DNA of 64,000 bases from Octopus vulgaris (GCA_951406725.2 OX597827.1:50654001-50718000), one strand, 5' to 3'; shown: positions 39,925 to 53,217, numbered from the stretch's first letter. The notes: generated by a model not told the origin, from the sequence alone. A program made the numbers and translations.

Positions 39925-41257
39925 TCGTGTTAGATCCATTATCGTAAGACTGGTCACGAATATTTTCAAGTGACAGCTTATGTTCATTTGGGATTTGTAT
40001 TTTGTTGAACAAGATCACGGATCAACAGTAGTTATCTGTCGACAAAATGTTTAAAATATTTCGTAATGTTTTTCACTACAACACGGACAGAACCAGAATT
40101 ACCAGCTGGTCCACATCATGTGCCAGTCAGGCGTCCAGTCAGCAATAATAGAATAGTGTTTTGTGTCATGAATATTAATTTAATTCACAATTTAAACTTT
40201 GCATATGTTTTCGTATGATTTCGTTTAATTCTTCATACGAAGCTTTTGGATAGATAACTGTTTACTTTTTCAGTCTTGCATTTCTCGAAATGTTCACATA
40301 AAAATGGACTAAAATCTACAATAAGTTCAATGACTCTGATGAAGAGAACATTATTTAGTGAGTTCCACTGCTCCTCATTACATCTGAATGTCAAACTTAT
40401 CACATTTAAAATCTGTATAACAGCTTAATCTTCTGACAGTACTTCAAAAGAGTAATAATAGTTTTTGTTCTGCTTTTCATATTCTTGATTCACAGTATTT
40501 TTATTTGTCAACATATTACCTTATGTTCCATACTGTCCTCATGATATTTCCACAGTTCTGAGTACATTCATCCAGTCAAGAAATCCAACTATTGTGTATG
40601 ATGTTCAGGATTTAGAAATGAGTTTTCAAACAAAAGCGCATAGACAGCCTTTGTGCTTCGAGTAGATTAACCAGTATCTCATCAGAGTTTAGCCATTTTC
40701 AATCTTTTTTCTTTTTTCCAAAATACTTTATTTGAGAAACATCTGTTTTACCCCTTAAACAATCCTACTAGATTTGTTATTTTCTCCATCTGTGTCTCTT
40801 TTTTTCCCAATTTATTCCACCCCGAGTCTGAAATTGATATCTTACATTAAGCAATTCTATATGAAATAATTATCAAATGTTATTGACAAATTTGTGAGCT
40901 TACTATGGTCTCTGAAATCACTGAATTTGTCTGTTTTCTGGGGGGGGGGCGATGATATTCCTGTTATCTCTCTCTCTTTATTCCGCGATTCTTCGTGTCA
41001 ACCGCTATAATCCTCATCTGTATTAAAAGTGGCAACAGCGAGTTGAAAGCTGCTAGAAAGAGCCCCCACGGTTTGTACAGTATCACTGCGTTCACTGGTG
41101 CTTAGTTGGCTTCATCTAGCTGTAGATGTTGACAAATTTGACATTGTAAAACAGTCTGTCAGCTTTTGATATTTAGAAATCTCATCAGATCGCTTTATTC
41201 TTGAGTTTACGTTTTTTTTGTATTCAGTTAAGTATTTTTGTGAACTCGTTGTTCCAT
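39925..41257 (-). pseudogene. hAT transposase remnant (ZMYM1-like, TTF-type Zn finger + DUF4371 region)
   Basis: Minus-strand peptides MRYWLIYS, GFLDWMN...HEDSMEH, LTFRCNEE...NNVLFIRVIELIVDFSPFLCEH...SYLS, KHYSIIADWTPD and LSLENIRDQSYDNGSN (CRGQSYDNG.NM-like); many frameshifts. Confidence 0.82.
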
Positions 41258-41654
41258 TGGGGCCTTAACGTTTTTTTTAAAGCGATGGAAAAGTCCCTAG
41301 TCACAAAAGGACAGAGTTTGATTTTGGTAGGCTAATAACACTGAAACATGTGCAGAATATTTTTCATTCAAGTCTCCAAGTCATGAATCATATTCAGACC
41401 TACGGAACAGAAATATTCAGTGACGGAATAAAAATATAAATTAAACACTTCTTAAATTATTCCAACAAAGCTAATTGTGTTACAGTTATTGATTTGTAAA
41501 TGTTGTTTTGCGCAAGCTGCATAAATCAAAAGTTAAATGAAATATTTCAGTATTTCTTTCATTTCTTTATATGGGTTATTAGTACGTCACAAAAACTCGT
41601 GCATGCAATTGAACTGAAGACAACTGATACTCACTATAAACTATATAAATATGG

Positions 41655-41950
41655 TGGAGGCACATGGCTTAGTGGTTAGAGCAGCGGATTCGTGGCCGAG
41701 GGATTGCGGGTTCGAATCTCGGACCGAGCGGTGCATGTGTTTATGAGCACCTAAGCTCCACGCGGCTCCGGCAGAAGGTAATGGCGTTCTTCTGCTGACT
41801 CTTTCGCCATAACTTTCTCTCACTCTTTCCTCCTGCATCTTGTAGCTCACCTGCGACGGACCGGCGTCCCGTCCAGGTGGGGAATCTATACGCCAAGGAA
41901 ACCGGGAAACCGGCCCTTATGAGCCAGGCATGGCTCGAGAAGGAACAAAC
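41655..41950 (+). mobile_element. tRNA-derived SINE, family D (V-SINE-like domain)
   Basis: A box tggcttagtgg, B box ggttcgaatct, V-domain-like cctgcgacggaccggcgtcccgtccagg; 12-bp TSD atataaatatgg at 41643-41654 and 41951-41962. Confidence 0.9.
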
Positions 41951-42401
41951 ATATAAATATGGCATAATAGTTTATTGCTCTAAAAAAGTAATGTGTTCAC
42001 TATAAAACTGATTCTGATTTAGGGTGCAAAGCCAGACATTTTTAAAGTTGGGTGTAATGACCTGTTATCTAATTAATACTCTTTCTTATCAACCCAGGAG
42101 GAATGACATAAAGCTAGATTTGAACTAGAATGTAAAAAAGATTTGAACTCAGAATGTAAAAAGGCGAGCAGAAATGCTACACAGCTTATCTGATGCTGTA
42201 ACAATTCTGTCAGTTCATCGCCCTCTATATTAATATTCTAAGTTATTAACTAAAATAAACATTAACTCCATTGCTTGTGATCGCTATGTCACTCGTTCTA
42301 AATGATAAATGAGAAAACTAAGAACTCGTGTTAATCGTATTTCTCTGAAATGCCGAAATTCATTTAATTATTCACACATTTTTATAATATTTGATGCCAC
42401 A

Positions 42402-42618
42402 AAGGTGGAAAGCGGACAGAATCGTTAGGACGCTGGGCAAAATGATTAGCGACACTTTGTCGTTCTAAGTTCAAATTCTGCCGAGGTCGACCATGCTTTT
42501 TATATTCAAATCCTTTCGGGGTCGATAAAATAAGTACCAGTTGAGTACTGGGGTCGATGCAATCGCTTTATCTCCGCCCCCGAAATTGGTGGCCTTGTGC
42601 CAAACTTTGAAACCAATA
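42402..42618 (+). mobile_element. SINE family A
   Basis: Head and body homology (cctttcggggtcgataaaataagtaccagttgagtactgggg). Confidence 0.85.
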
Positions 42619-43194
42619 TGTAATGTCATTTATAGGTGTCAATGAGCAGGCCAGATGCCAGGTTTTGGTGCTCGTTTCAAATCTTTCTCTCTTTGCACTA
42701 ATTCATAACAATTCTGAGATGGAGATGGAGAAACAGTACTCCAAGATTTTTTTTTTCTGTATAAAAGCATTAAAAGTATTAGTATTCCAAATAGGATTTT
42801 TTAATTATTATCAATTGATAGACCTTATTAAGAGGGAAAAGAAAAAATTAAAGAAGCATTTAAAAATTTCAAATGGAAAAATATTTTAATTTGAATTAGA
42901 ACTAATAAATATTAATATCAAACAAAATTAAATAAAAATGCTTTAAAGTACAGCAAAGAATTACAATTATTACACATTTTGAAAACAGACTTAAAATAAA
43001 CAAAGACTATTGTATTGAATTCTCTGATATCTTAATCTCAGCTGAAAAAAGATGCCGGGCAGTTCAGAAATATAAAGAACTGTTTACATTTCAACCTAAA
43101 ATCCGTTTGAAGAATACTTCGATGTCAAAGTGAATAAGCGATTCAGGTATTGAGCAAGGCGAAATATTTGTATGTATATGAATGTACCTGTATG

Positions 43195-43382
43195 TATTTA
43201 TTTGTCATCGAAAGTAAGGGTGTTATGGCTGTGGAGCAAGAAGTCTTCTTCCCAACCACATAATTCTGAATTCAGTCCCAATGTGTGGCACTTGAGGAAA
43301 ATGTGCCCCACTGTAGCCTCGGGCCGACCAAAGCCTTCTGAATGGAATTGGTAGACAGAAATTGAAAGAAGCTCGTCGTATA
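43195..43382 (+). mobile_element. SINE family B 5' part
   Basis: ttcagtcccaatgtgtggcacttgagg...gcctcgggccgaccaaagcc. Confidence 0.8.
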
Positions 43383-43419
43383 TGTGTGAGTATGTGTGCG
43401 TATATGTAACAGCCCTTAA

Positions 43420-43900
43420 GGATCTTTACCTTTTGACCGACAGATTTAGAAAATAATTTTTTGTAACTGAACACTTTCAAACTTCGGACACTGGTAGAAT
43501 GTGTCGTATAAAACATCTTTTATTCTTAGCGTTTTTTGAGAAAAGTTTTTGGTTACGAAGTTATTTCGTGTTAAAGTTCTCATATTTCGGTAATTTCAAC
43601 AAATCAATGACGTGTATTCAGCTGAATAAAATTACTGCCGTTCTTTGTCAACAACAACTATCGGCAGTGTATATTTCGTTTGTCAACACAACAAAAACTG
43701 GCAGATACGAACAAATGCATTTGAGTAACAATACTCAAACACCACCCCCAACCACAGATACACTAACATTGTCAACATCATTGCCCATCACTATCACATT
43801 CACCACCACTGTCATCAAACACCAATACTACAAGCGCAACCTAATTCGCAACAGTCTGGTCACAAATCCCAGTATGAACAAAATTTAAACATCATCAACT
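43420..43900. mobile_element. One end of a DNA transposon related to the 3389-3820 MITE
   Basis: Starts ggatctttaccttttgaccgacag; aaacttcggacactggtagaatgtgt... matches the reverse complement of 3700-3760; other TIR not found. Confidence 0.6.
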
Positions 43901-44207
43901 ACACTACCAACAAAGCACTAATGGAATATATGCACAACCATACAGACATCACTCAGAGCAATTTCATCATATCGATAGCCACCATATCTACACATAAAAA
44001 TCATACAAATACATCAAAACATATAACATTAAAAAACAAATACCCTGATATCGTAAGAAATTTGACTAAAAAACGTTAAAAAAAGACTTTACAAAGAACT
44101 GCTTGTGGGAATGCCCACATCTAACTAGAGTCAGACCACCTATCCCCGTTTCTCACAAAACACGGTATATAAGTAGCTATATCACCTCCGTTTCATTCAT
44201 TGTCCAA

Positions 44208-44535
44208 CATGGCCTTGCTCAGAATGGGCAATATAGATGTATTGTCCTTTTGGCGTCTTGGAAACAGGGCCACCCACTCAATGACCTAAGGTCATTAAGT
44301 TTAGATGTCATGGCTGTCTGTAAGACCAGCTTTCGTGCCCATTTTCAGTGGATACGAGATTTACATATCTCCATGTTAACCGGGAATGTGGGGTGGACCT
44401 GCGGTGCTGTTTTGGAGAGGTCTGTATCTCAAGATAAAGGCCAACTTCCTGGACCCAGACGGCAAATTAGTCGTCCTGATGAGAACAGTATCGATGAGGG
44501 AGCTTTCTGACTGGTGGCTGTTTAGGTGCAGCAAG
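44208..44535 (+). pseudogene. Tx1/L1-clade LINE APE endonuclease N-terminal fragment
   Basis: ...LNDLRSLSLDVMAVCKT (LD+..+QET-like), FSGYEIYIS...GGPAVLF...FLDPDGKLVVL and GAF*LVAV* (FRLVAVYAP-like). Confidence 0.8.
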
Positions 44536-44633
44536 TTCATGGCAGTAAAATAACCACAAGGGAATGTGAACGGTATTTTGATGGAAAACAGGAACAAAAG
44601 TTAATACATCATACATACGTAGCTAGCCAAAAA

Positions 44634-44646
44634 GATAGATATATAA

Positions 44647-44726
<80 letters not shown>

Positions 44727-44794
44727 GTAAGTAGGTAGGTAGGTAGGTAGGTAGGTAGATAGGTAAGTAGGTAAGTAGTAGTTAGGTAGATATT

Positions 44795-44887
<93 letters not shown>
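44634..44887. repeat. (GATA)n/(GGTA)n compound microsatellite
   Basis: Seen directly; a similar (GATA)/(GACA) array lies at 46731-46850. Confidence 0.95.
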
Positions 44888-45093
44888 GAATTTCCTGTAT
44901 GTTTTCAGCACTTTTCTCTTTTTTTAATTTTGTTACTTTTGTGGTTGTTGCTGCCGTACGTGTTGTTTCTTTTTGTTGTTTTTATCCAGTTTCAGTGTTT
45001 CCGTTTTCATTAACGTTCAAAGGGAATTTTCCCTTTGTAGCATACTATCTAGTGAAATTCCTCTCCTTTCTATTATTTATACATGCATACGAA

Positions 45094-45876
45094 CGTAGTA
45101 GATAACAGCTAACCTTAGGCCGAAATTTTGGACCCCGTTGTGTCCACTACTCTGATTGGTTGGTATTGGCGCAATTTGTCTCTTACTCTATAGCGCCAAT
45201 ACGCAGCGTATAACCAATCGAAGACCTTAAATAGGGTCACGTGTGACAGCCTATTCTCAACTCAGTTTTGAGCCTACAACTCCATCGTCCTCACGTCAGC
45301 AACTCCCTACGTACACAATTCAATAAGAAACTCGCCCTGGTTACAACACTGCATTGTTCGTGAATTACTTCACCAGCGAATATACAACCTGCGAGAACTC
45401 CTGTACCAAGTGACACAGGCAGCATCATCAAAGCCACAACTTCACGTACTACATCGCCGCAACTTCTTGACACAGTATTTCAATTATCGTGTAAATTGAC
45501 TACGAATAGATATTTATCATTCTTGTGTCTCTGGACTTACTCCTCAATTCGATGGCTATAGACTCTTTCCCTGTCTCTTTTTCATCGCAATCCTTATAGG
45601 TTCTTAACACGTATACGTCTATGCCTACATACACACGCATACATCTTATTCTTATGGCGGCCTATCTATTATTCTGTATACATGATGCACACACAATCGC
45701 ACATGTTAACATATCAATAAATCTTCTCTGAAACATTCTACCCAGTTGTCTCTCTTTTTTTCCCTCTGGCACATATATGCATTGCTCTATTTATATTTAT
45801 TGTATCGACCGTGTTATATACTAAGGAGTCATTCTCGTCTCCTCACTTCGCACGGATGTTACAAATTGGTGACCCG
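45094..45876 (+). mobile_element. Gypsy-type 5' LTR with primer-binding site
   Basis: Ends ...ggatgttaCA (45863), followed by aatTGGTGACCCG (45867-45876; resembles the complement of the tRNA-Trp 3' end). Internal CCAAT, TTAAATAG TATA-like and AATAAA motifs. 5' boundary approximate. Confidence 0.72.
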
Positions 45877-46730
45877 TTCCAGCTCCTTGAAACTACAAAA
45901 ATAATTATAATGGAGGAAGGAGATACTCCACAGATATCATAAACCTTTCATTCATTCCATTATACTTTCTTTGGCCTCTGTACACTTTTGTTTATTTGTT
46001 TTCGTATTGAGAAAATTTGTTAGAAGTATCAAAACTTCAGATACTATTTGATGAAGATTTTTATAAATATTACTAAAGCCGAAGGTGCAAAAACATTCAT
46101 TTATTAAAATACAATTGTTTCTGAACTCTTACAAGATTAGAGTTGCTGAAAATTAACCATCATTAGTTTTATAGTAAATCCACCATTGCATTTGAGTGCG
46201 CACGTGTACGTGTGAAGCGGGGAGGAGAGGATAAAAAGAGAGGTAATAATAGAAACCGGCTTATAGAACAAGAACAACATATGGGAGATAACAGAGATGA
46301 CGATACCACACATGCGTGCGTGTGTGTGTGTGTGTTTGTGGGGGGAGGGGGGGAGCGCGTTCGCACGAATGTTCGTGTATCCACGTGCGTGCGATTGAAT
46401 GTTATAATGAACGTAAACATACACGTGAGCAAAAATACATCTAGAATTACAAAGCCAGTTCTGACAGCTATCATGGCCTGTGCAGGTAATTATCCTTTTC
46501 ATAATATATACTTATATTTCTTCTACTACAGCCCCAGTGAACTGGTTGAGGGAAACTGCATGGCAGGCTGTCATATTTAAATATATATATATAGGTAAGA
46601 ATGTGTGTTGACTTGATGACGTCACTGTGATAACGGTTCGGCAAAAAGATTGCTGGAATAAGTCCCAGACTTTAAAATAACTACTAGGGTTGATTTGCTA
46701 GACTACAGACTTTCAGGCGGTACCCCAGCT

Positions 46731-46792
<62 letters not shown>

Positions 46793-46927
46793 CAGACAGA
46801 CAAGCAGACAGACAGACAGACAGACAGACAGATAGATAGATAGATAGATAAAGATTCAAATATAATTAACAAGCCTCGCCAGTTGATATCAACAGAAATA
46901 TTATAAATTTTTAAACAGGTTACTCCT

Positions 46928-47081
46928 CGTGACTTAGCGGTTCGGCAAAAAAGAGACCGATAGAATAAGTACTGGGCTTACAAAGAATAAATCCCGGGGT
47001 TGAGTTGCTCGATTAAAGGCGGTGCTCCAGCATGGCCGCAGTTAAATGACTGAAACAAGTAAAAGAGAAAAGAGAAAAGAG
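46928..47081 (+). mobile_element. SINE family B 3' part
   Basis: acttagcggttcggcaaaaaagagaccgatagaataagtact...gactgaaacaagtaaaagag. Confidence 0.88.
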
Positions 47082-48939
47082 GTTCTAATCACTTACGTTC
47101 ACCATCCCAGTAAATAGACCACGACATTATCGCTCAGCCAGTTAGAAATAGCAATCAAATTTTAGGTATAGGCATAGATTCATACAGATTCATACATTGT
47201 GTACAAGTGATTGTAATACATTGAAAAGGGGAAGGGGGAATGAATTACATCTTTCAGTATACGAATTCATAAGTTTCAGTGACTGAAAAATGTTCATAAA
47301 AGTGCACTGCTCTGACTAATCGCATCCAGCCCTCGGCCTTTTATTTGGCATCCCATCTCCATGTGGTCGTTCAGATTGGTATAAACAGTAACCAAATCTC
47401 ACTCAAAACCAACCGTTTTAAAAATGGATACAATAGAGTAAACCTAAAAGGTTTGATGGTCATGACAGGAATGACGTTGATCATAATTATACTATATGAA
47501 GGTTGACTTAGGGCTTGATAACAACAACAAAATCGGTTAGCTACTCGAACCAATGAGGCTGCCTTGTGTGTTCATTCCACCTCCTAGAAATAGCAGCCAA
47601 CTTTTCAAATTTTCTCTACAATCCTAAAGCAATGAAATATTCTATAATGTAATCTTAAAGTGTGCCTGGAATAAAGAACCTTTGACTGACCTTATCATAC
47701 CACTGGACAAGAATAATTATAGGAAATTCTTTTGTTAAGACCATCGGTTTTGAGGTACGGAGAATGGAGAAAAGTCGATTGTAATCTATTTAAATTCTAT
47801 ATATGGTGCTTATTTTATGAGAGTTGGTTATAGCATCAATGTTCGGCTTACTTTTATTTTAGTGCGTTTTATCTAGATGAAACATAAATTGAATCCTTGC
47901 CAGATTTGAACTCAGAATGTAAAAGAATATAGCTATATACCAAATTGCATTTAGTTCAGCACGCTTTCTGTCTTTCTCTCTCTCTCTTTCTCTCTCTGTT
48001 CTATATTTCATATAAGCACTATACATCAATTAGTCTTACGTAAATTAGCAAGCAAGTATCAATTGCATAAAATTTTATTCTAATCCCATGCGGTAACATC
48101 AAAGATACATATCAATAGTAACCATACATAAAGTGATTTCCAGAGTTATTTTACACATAGGTAAAATTTCCATTATGTTGATTGTTGATATACATAGTAT
48201 ATTCACGACAGAGAACCAACCAAATCAAAAATTGTTTATTCAATGCAGAATATAATCTTAAAGATCTGGAATTAGAGAAGAGTTGATTCGACACGACAAG
48301 AGTTTTATAAAATTAGACTACAGCTGTTTCGTTTTCTGTTCCTGTCTAGAACGTCATTCTTTCAAACATCAATATCACTAATCTTGTTAAGTAATTTGGA
48401 TTCTTTTTTTTTTTTTTGCTTTTGTAATTTATATTAATTATTCAAGGTAAATTCTAAATTAACAGGACACAGTTTTATAAACATTTAACTATTACATTGG
48501 TTGGTAGCCAAATGGTAGTCGTTTGAGTGCTAGATTGATTACTTTGTAGTAATCGTTCTGTCTTTCTATGCTCTTTGTTCAAATTCTACCGTGGTCAACA
48601 TTACTTTTCATTCTTTTTAGATCGATATATAAAGTACTAGTCCTATACTGGGATCAATTCCTCTTTTTCTCTCACTCTTCTTTCTGTCTGATATTTCTCT
48701 CAAAAATAGTTTTGTTTCATTGGTCCTTTCCACTAACGGTCTTAAGCATTCAATGAACAAAATTCAGTATAAAATCATCTTGTTATAAAATCGAAGAAAA
48801 CCTTAAATCAAAGGATAGAGGGTTAATAATTATATGCAAAATATACATATATGCACTAAAACGTACAGGCGCGTGTACATAGTTATATACATATGAAGAC
48901 ATATATAGGCGAGACGTAAATATATATATATACAAATAC

Positions 48940-48979
<40 letters not shown>

Positions 48980-49061
48980 ACACACGCACACGCACAAAAC
49001 CTCCCGGTGTATGCATTACAGATCAGTTGCTACAGACAAAAGAAAGGGAATGTATACATCT

Positions 49062-49790
49062 CAAAATGCTGCACCCTATTACAATAACGCATTAAGGAAA
49101 AGTGGATGCTCGGAGAAGATCTAGTATAATCTAGTTAATACTAGCAATAATATGACACGTAGAGCTAGAACTAGGAGAGATTTGGGATTTAACCCAGCGT
49201 TTAATATGGCCGTAAGAACTATTGTAGGTAAGGAATTATTAAAATTAGTCCCTAAGCATTTTCAACCCAGCCATAAGTTCTGTAGAATATTTAATAGGAG
49301 AGCGCTGAAGATTAGTTATTCTTGTTGCAAAAACTTCGCCTCTTTTATTAGCCAACACAATACTAAAATTATTACAGACAACTACGTGCCGAATCTAATC
49401 CGAGGAATTGCAACTTCAACGATGAGACCTGCTGTCCGCTGGAAGGAAAATGTCTCGAAAAAGGTATTGTCTATAGAGCTAAAATACAAATAAAAGGCTC
49501 ACAAGAATATAAAGCATATCCAGGAGCTTCAGAAAATTATTTCAAGACTCGATTCCATCCCCACCGAAATTCCTTCAGGCACCCCGTAAACAGGACAGCG
49601 ACTAGTCTTGCAAAGCATGTCTGGGAATTGAAAGAGAATGAAATCCGTCCTTTCAATGTAATCTGGAAAATCCTAGATAAAGCATCAGCTTACAAACATG
49701 CAGCTTATAAAAAACTTATGAAATGTGATCTTTACTTTACGGAGAAGTTCTTTATCCTGTTCCAGGATAAAAACGCTCTGAACCAGAGAC
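49062..49790 (+). pseudogene. PLE RT-thumb / Cys-linker / GIY-YIG endonuclease remnant
   Basis: NAAPYYNNALRKSG, GFNPAFNMAVRTIVGKELLKLVPKHF...IFNRRALKISYSC, then (frameshift) CNFNDETCCPLEGKCLEKGIVYRA...AYPGASENYFKTRFHPHRNSF...TSLAKHVWELK...KCDLYFTEK...LNQR. Confidence 0.9.
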
Positions 49791-51012
49791 GCAAGCGCAT
49801 AACAAAATTTAAAATGGCACATAATAAAATTTTAAATGTCAACCGACAAAATACCATATGGGTAATATATTTTGACTTTCGAAATATTTTCGACTGCCGC
49901 TTTTAAATTTGTCTTTACAGTGTATGATTATTTCGCATCGCAACGATATAGAATATATTTCGACTTATTCTTTAAGAAAACCTTTACTGTTTTACAAATT
50001 TAATTTCAAGCTTAAGCTTTGCCGAAGTTAATTTTAATTATTTTATTTTATTTTATTTTACACAGGTATTAAATTATTATATCAAATTTACATATAATTT
50101 CATATATGGTGCAGCATTTTGAAATGCTGTCTCATCTGAATTTTAATATTATACACATCGAGCAGCTTCTTATAATTTGTCTGTATATGTGCGATATGAT
50201 GTAGATATGTCACTATATATCTATATTTATGTGTATGTATGTATTGTAGGTATGTACATGCATGCGCACGTATACATTTGCGTATGTGTATGTGTGTAAG
50301 TATACGTGTATGTATATATATATATATATATGTAATTTTATGCGTGCGTTCGTTGCGCAAAATTTATTGAGTACCTTTCCCTGCTCGCTACTTTGGTAGC
50401 GTCTTTACGTAACGCCTTATTCCTTACCTTTTTCTCCCGCTTCTCTCGTTATAGCGCTATAGTTTTTCTGTTTCACTTTCATTTTCTGTTTTCCTTTTTC
50501 TCTTCCTCCTCCCTTTGCTTAATGCATACTTTCCCTATCTTTCGTCTGTAACAACTGACCTGCATATGCATACACCGGGAGATTTTGTATTTGTTTATAC
50601 ATCTATGTCTCGGCCATATATGTCTGTATATGTATATAACTATTTACATGCGTCTGTACGTTTTAGTGTATATATGTATATTATAGATGATTTAGTATGT
50701 GAATAGGCTGCTAAATTCATATGTAATCCAGCGTGAAAATTTTTAATTGTTAATTTTTGTTAATTTTTAATCTGGTATTAATGGTATTAATTGATTTATA
50801 TTTTGCATATAATTATTTACCCTATGTGTTTAGACTCTGTCCTTTGATTGAAGGTTTTCTTCGATTTTATAACAAGATGATTTTATCCTGAATTTTTTTC
50901 ATTGCATGCTTAAGACCGTTAGTTGAATGCACCGATGAAACAAAACCATTTTCAAATGTGTATCCGTTAAACTAATTTATGTTTGCTTACAACCTTCTGT
51001 TCCGTTCTAAAC

Positions 51013-51058
51013 AAAACTCTCTGACGAACGGGAACGTGAAACTCTACGTAACAGTTTT
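51013..51058 (+). ncRNA. Minimal type I hammerhead ribozyme
   Basis: Stem I aaaactct/acagtttt (1 mismatch); CTGACGA 51021-51027; stem II ACG-ggaa-CGT; GAAA 51038-51041; GTA triplet 51048-51050. Confidence 0.75.
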
Positions 51059-51179
51059 TGTGGTATTTCTGCTTCTTTTCAATAAAGCAAATTACTCTAC
51101 CTCTGGTATTCGAGTACTATTTTTCTACCTTGTTTCGCTTACTCCGGTATGTATATATATATATATATATATATCCTAA

Positions 51180-51706
51180 AAATATATTTGCCAACTAAAT
51201 GTGGCGGTCCTATAGAGAACGGTGTTACTGTTGTTTTTACCCCCAGTAAGACATCTCCTCCAGCTGGCCAATGACACAGTCTCTGTCCAATTAGTATTTG
51301 CAAGGGAGATCATCGCTCCCATCTCTAGCCTTACCTGATACACACAGACCCGAATTCCTGGGCAGTTACCCGTCTTCAGTGTGTGTTGATCAGAAGCTAG
51401 AGATGAAGAACTCATTCCACTCGCAAAATACTATATCCTTTTTCTAGCGACACACTTTCGTTAATCTCGTAAAAAGCGACGTAAGTTATATTAAATCTCT
51501 GAGCGAGAGATAAACAGTAATAGTACGGAATCGTAGAATATATTTGCCAACGAAGTCATCGCTCTCATCTCTACCCTTATGTGATACCTTCCTTGCAAAT
51601 AGTAACCGGACACAGACTGTGTCGTTGGCCAGCTGGAGATGTCTTCCTGAGGCTTAAAATAACAGTAACACCGTCCTCTATAGTACCGCTGCATTTAGTT
51701 GGCAAA
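51180..51706. mobile_element. Fold-back MITE with ~120-bp TIRs
   Basis: ttgccaactaaatgtggcgg...tatttgcaagg (about 51188-51306) versus ccttgcaaata...gcatttagttggcaaa (about 51590-51706); same family as 1129-1282. Confidence 0.85.
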
Positions 51707-52454
51707 AACAGTGCTCTTTGAATGGAGTCCTTTACACAGAATTATAGGCACCCCTGTTTCACAGTCACCAATTAAAATATATGTTGAACCGGTAACTAGG
51801 CCACAAGGAACCTTTTACGCTGCTGTTCAATGGATGCGAGATCAAATCAAAACTAAAATCAAATACTCTTCCCCACAAAAATGTTGTTCACTTGCCAGTT
51901 AGTGTTTCTCATTTTCTTTTGTATTTAAAGCTGTGATATGACACCCGTGTTCATTTACTCACTGATACTTGTACACCTACAGGCAGTCGTAAACAGAGGT
52001 AGTTTGCCTGTTCCAAGAAACACAAGCTACTTAATATTAGGAAAAATGCATCTCTACTTAATGGATTATATCCAAAGCTAGATTATCTTGCAATAACTTT
52101 GATAAAACCACAGAAAACATTTATCTGCCAACATAAATATATCAGTGAAAAATAAATCGATGTTGTTGTTGTTGCGGTGTCAAATAGTTATCATCCAGCC
52201 ATTGTTAGAGCTTTAATATATTCAAATATACATACATCCAGTCAGTCCCTTATAAGGCAGCAGATTGGGATTTGAGGAACATTAGTTGCTATTTCTAACA
52301 GACCATACAAAATACGTACACTTCATGACCTTGCGACCAGAAGTGTATATTCTGTATTAATTATACTAATTAATGATGAACTCACTTAAACTCGACATTA
52401 TCAAAACAGAGGACCAACCCTTTCCTCAAGATTTTTCAGGTATTTAAGCTCGCA

Positions 52455-52762
52455 GAATTCTGAGTTCAAATTCTGCCGATATCGACTTTGTCTTTCCTCC
52501 TTTCGGGGTCGATGAAATAACAGCTGAGCACTGGGGTCGATGCAACCAATTTACTCCCTCTGAAAATTCTTGACTCTGTGCCAAAATTTGAAACCAATAT
52601 TTTATAAGCAATACACACACGCACGCATACACACATTTTTATCGTTTATCTTTTACCTGTTTCAGTCATTAGAGCGCGGCCATGCTGTGGAACCGCCTTG
52701 AATTTTTTTTTAGCCGAATGAATCGGCCTTAGTACTTATTTTTTAAGCCTGGTACATATTCT
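52455..52762. mobile_element. Partial SINE A (+, 52455-52600) and SINE B tail (-, 52640-52762)
   Basis: Homology to the full-length copies above. Confidence 0.78.
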
Positions 52763-52887
52763 AATAAGATAACCTGATATTCCTTTCTCCAGAGTTTCAA
52801 TGACGTACGTAAATTGAACTTAAGTGACAAGTGAAGTTAGCGAGCTGGATACTTTTCTCCTGCTACATACATCTTACATGGTGCCAA

Positions 52888-53217
52888 GTGAGGGCGCGTG
52901 GCTTAGTGGTTAGGGCATTCGGCTCATGATCGTAAGGTTGTGAGTTCGATTCCCGGCGACGCGTTGTGTCCTTGAGCAAGACACTTTATTTCACGTTGCT
53001 CCAGTCCACTCAGCTGGCAAAAATGAGTTGTACTTGTATTTCAAAGGGTCAGCCTTGTCACCCTCTGTGTCACGCTGATTATCCCCGAGAACTACGTTAA
53101 GGGTACACGTGTCTGTGGAATGCTCAGCCATTTGCACGTTAATTTCACGAGCAAGCTGTTCCGTTGATCGTATCAGCTGGGACCCTCGTCGTCGTAACCG
53201 GCGGAGTCTTTAGTCTT
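52888..53217 (+). mobile_element. tRNA-derived SINE, family C, full-length
   Basis: A box tggcttagtgg, B box gagttcgattcc, CORE-like gtgtccttgagcaagacactt; 14-bp TSD ttacatg(g/a)tgccaa at 52874-52887 and 53218-53231. Confidence 0.9.

Larger units (their letters stand above)
48701..51150 (+). mobile_element. 5'-truncated Penelope-like element (Naiad-type) with inverted pLTR, GIY-YIG remnant and hammerhead
   Basis: Inverted arm 48701-49059 versus 50522-50953; coding remnant 49062-49790; hammerhead 51013-51058; ends in (TA)n. Confidence 0.85.

Noticed and set aside
44470-44510. CTGATGA hammerhead-like heptamer
   Set aside because: No stem II or GAAA follows; it lies inside the Tx1/L1 endonuclease remnant. 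Other isolated CTGANGA hits (e.g. about 35192, 38201, 40337) fail the same way.
49400-49740. Selenocysteine usage in the Naiad-type ORF
   Set aside because: Conserved Cys positions are TGC/TGT or point-mutated (TTC, TAC); there is no in-frame TGA and no convincing SECIS by eye.
50040-50072. Second AG|GT recursive-type site (cacag|gtatta)
   Set aside because: The donor is weak and it lies inside the Penelope-like element.
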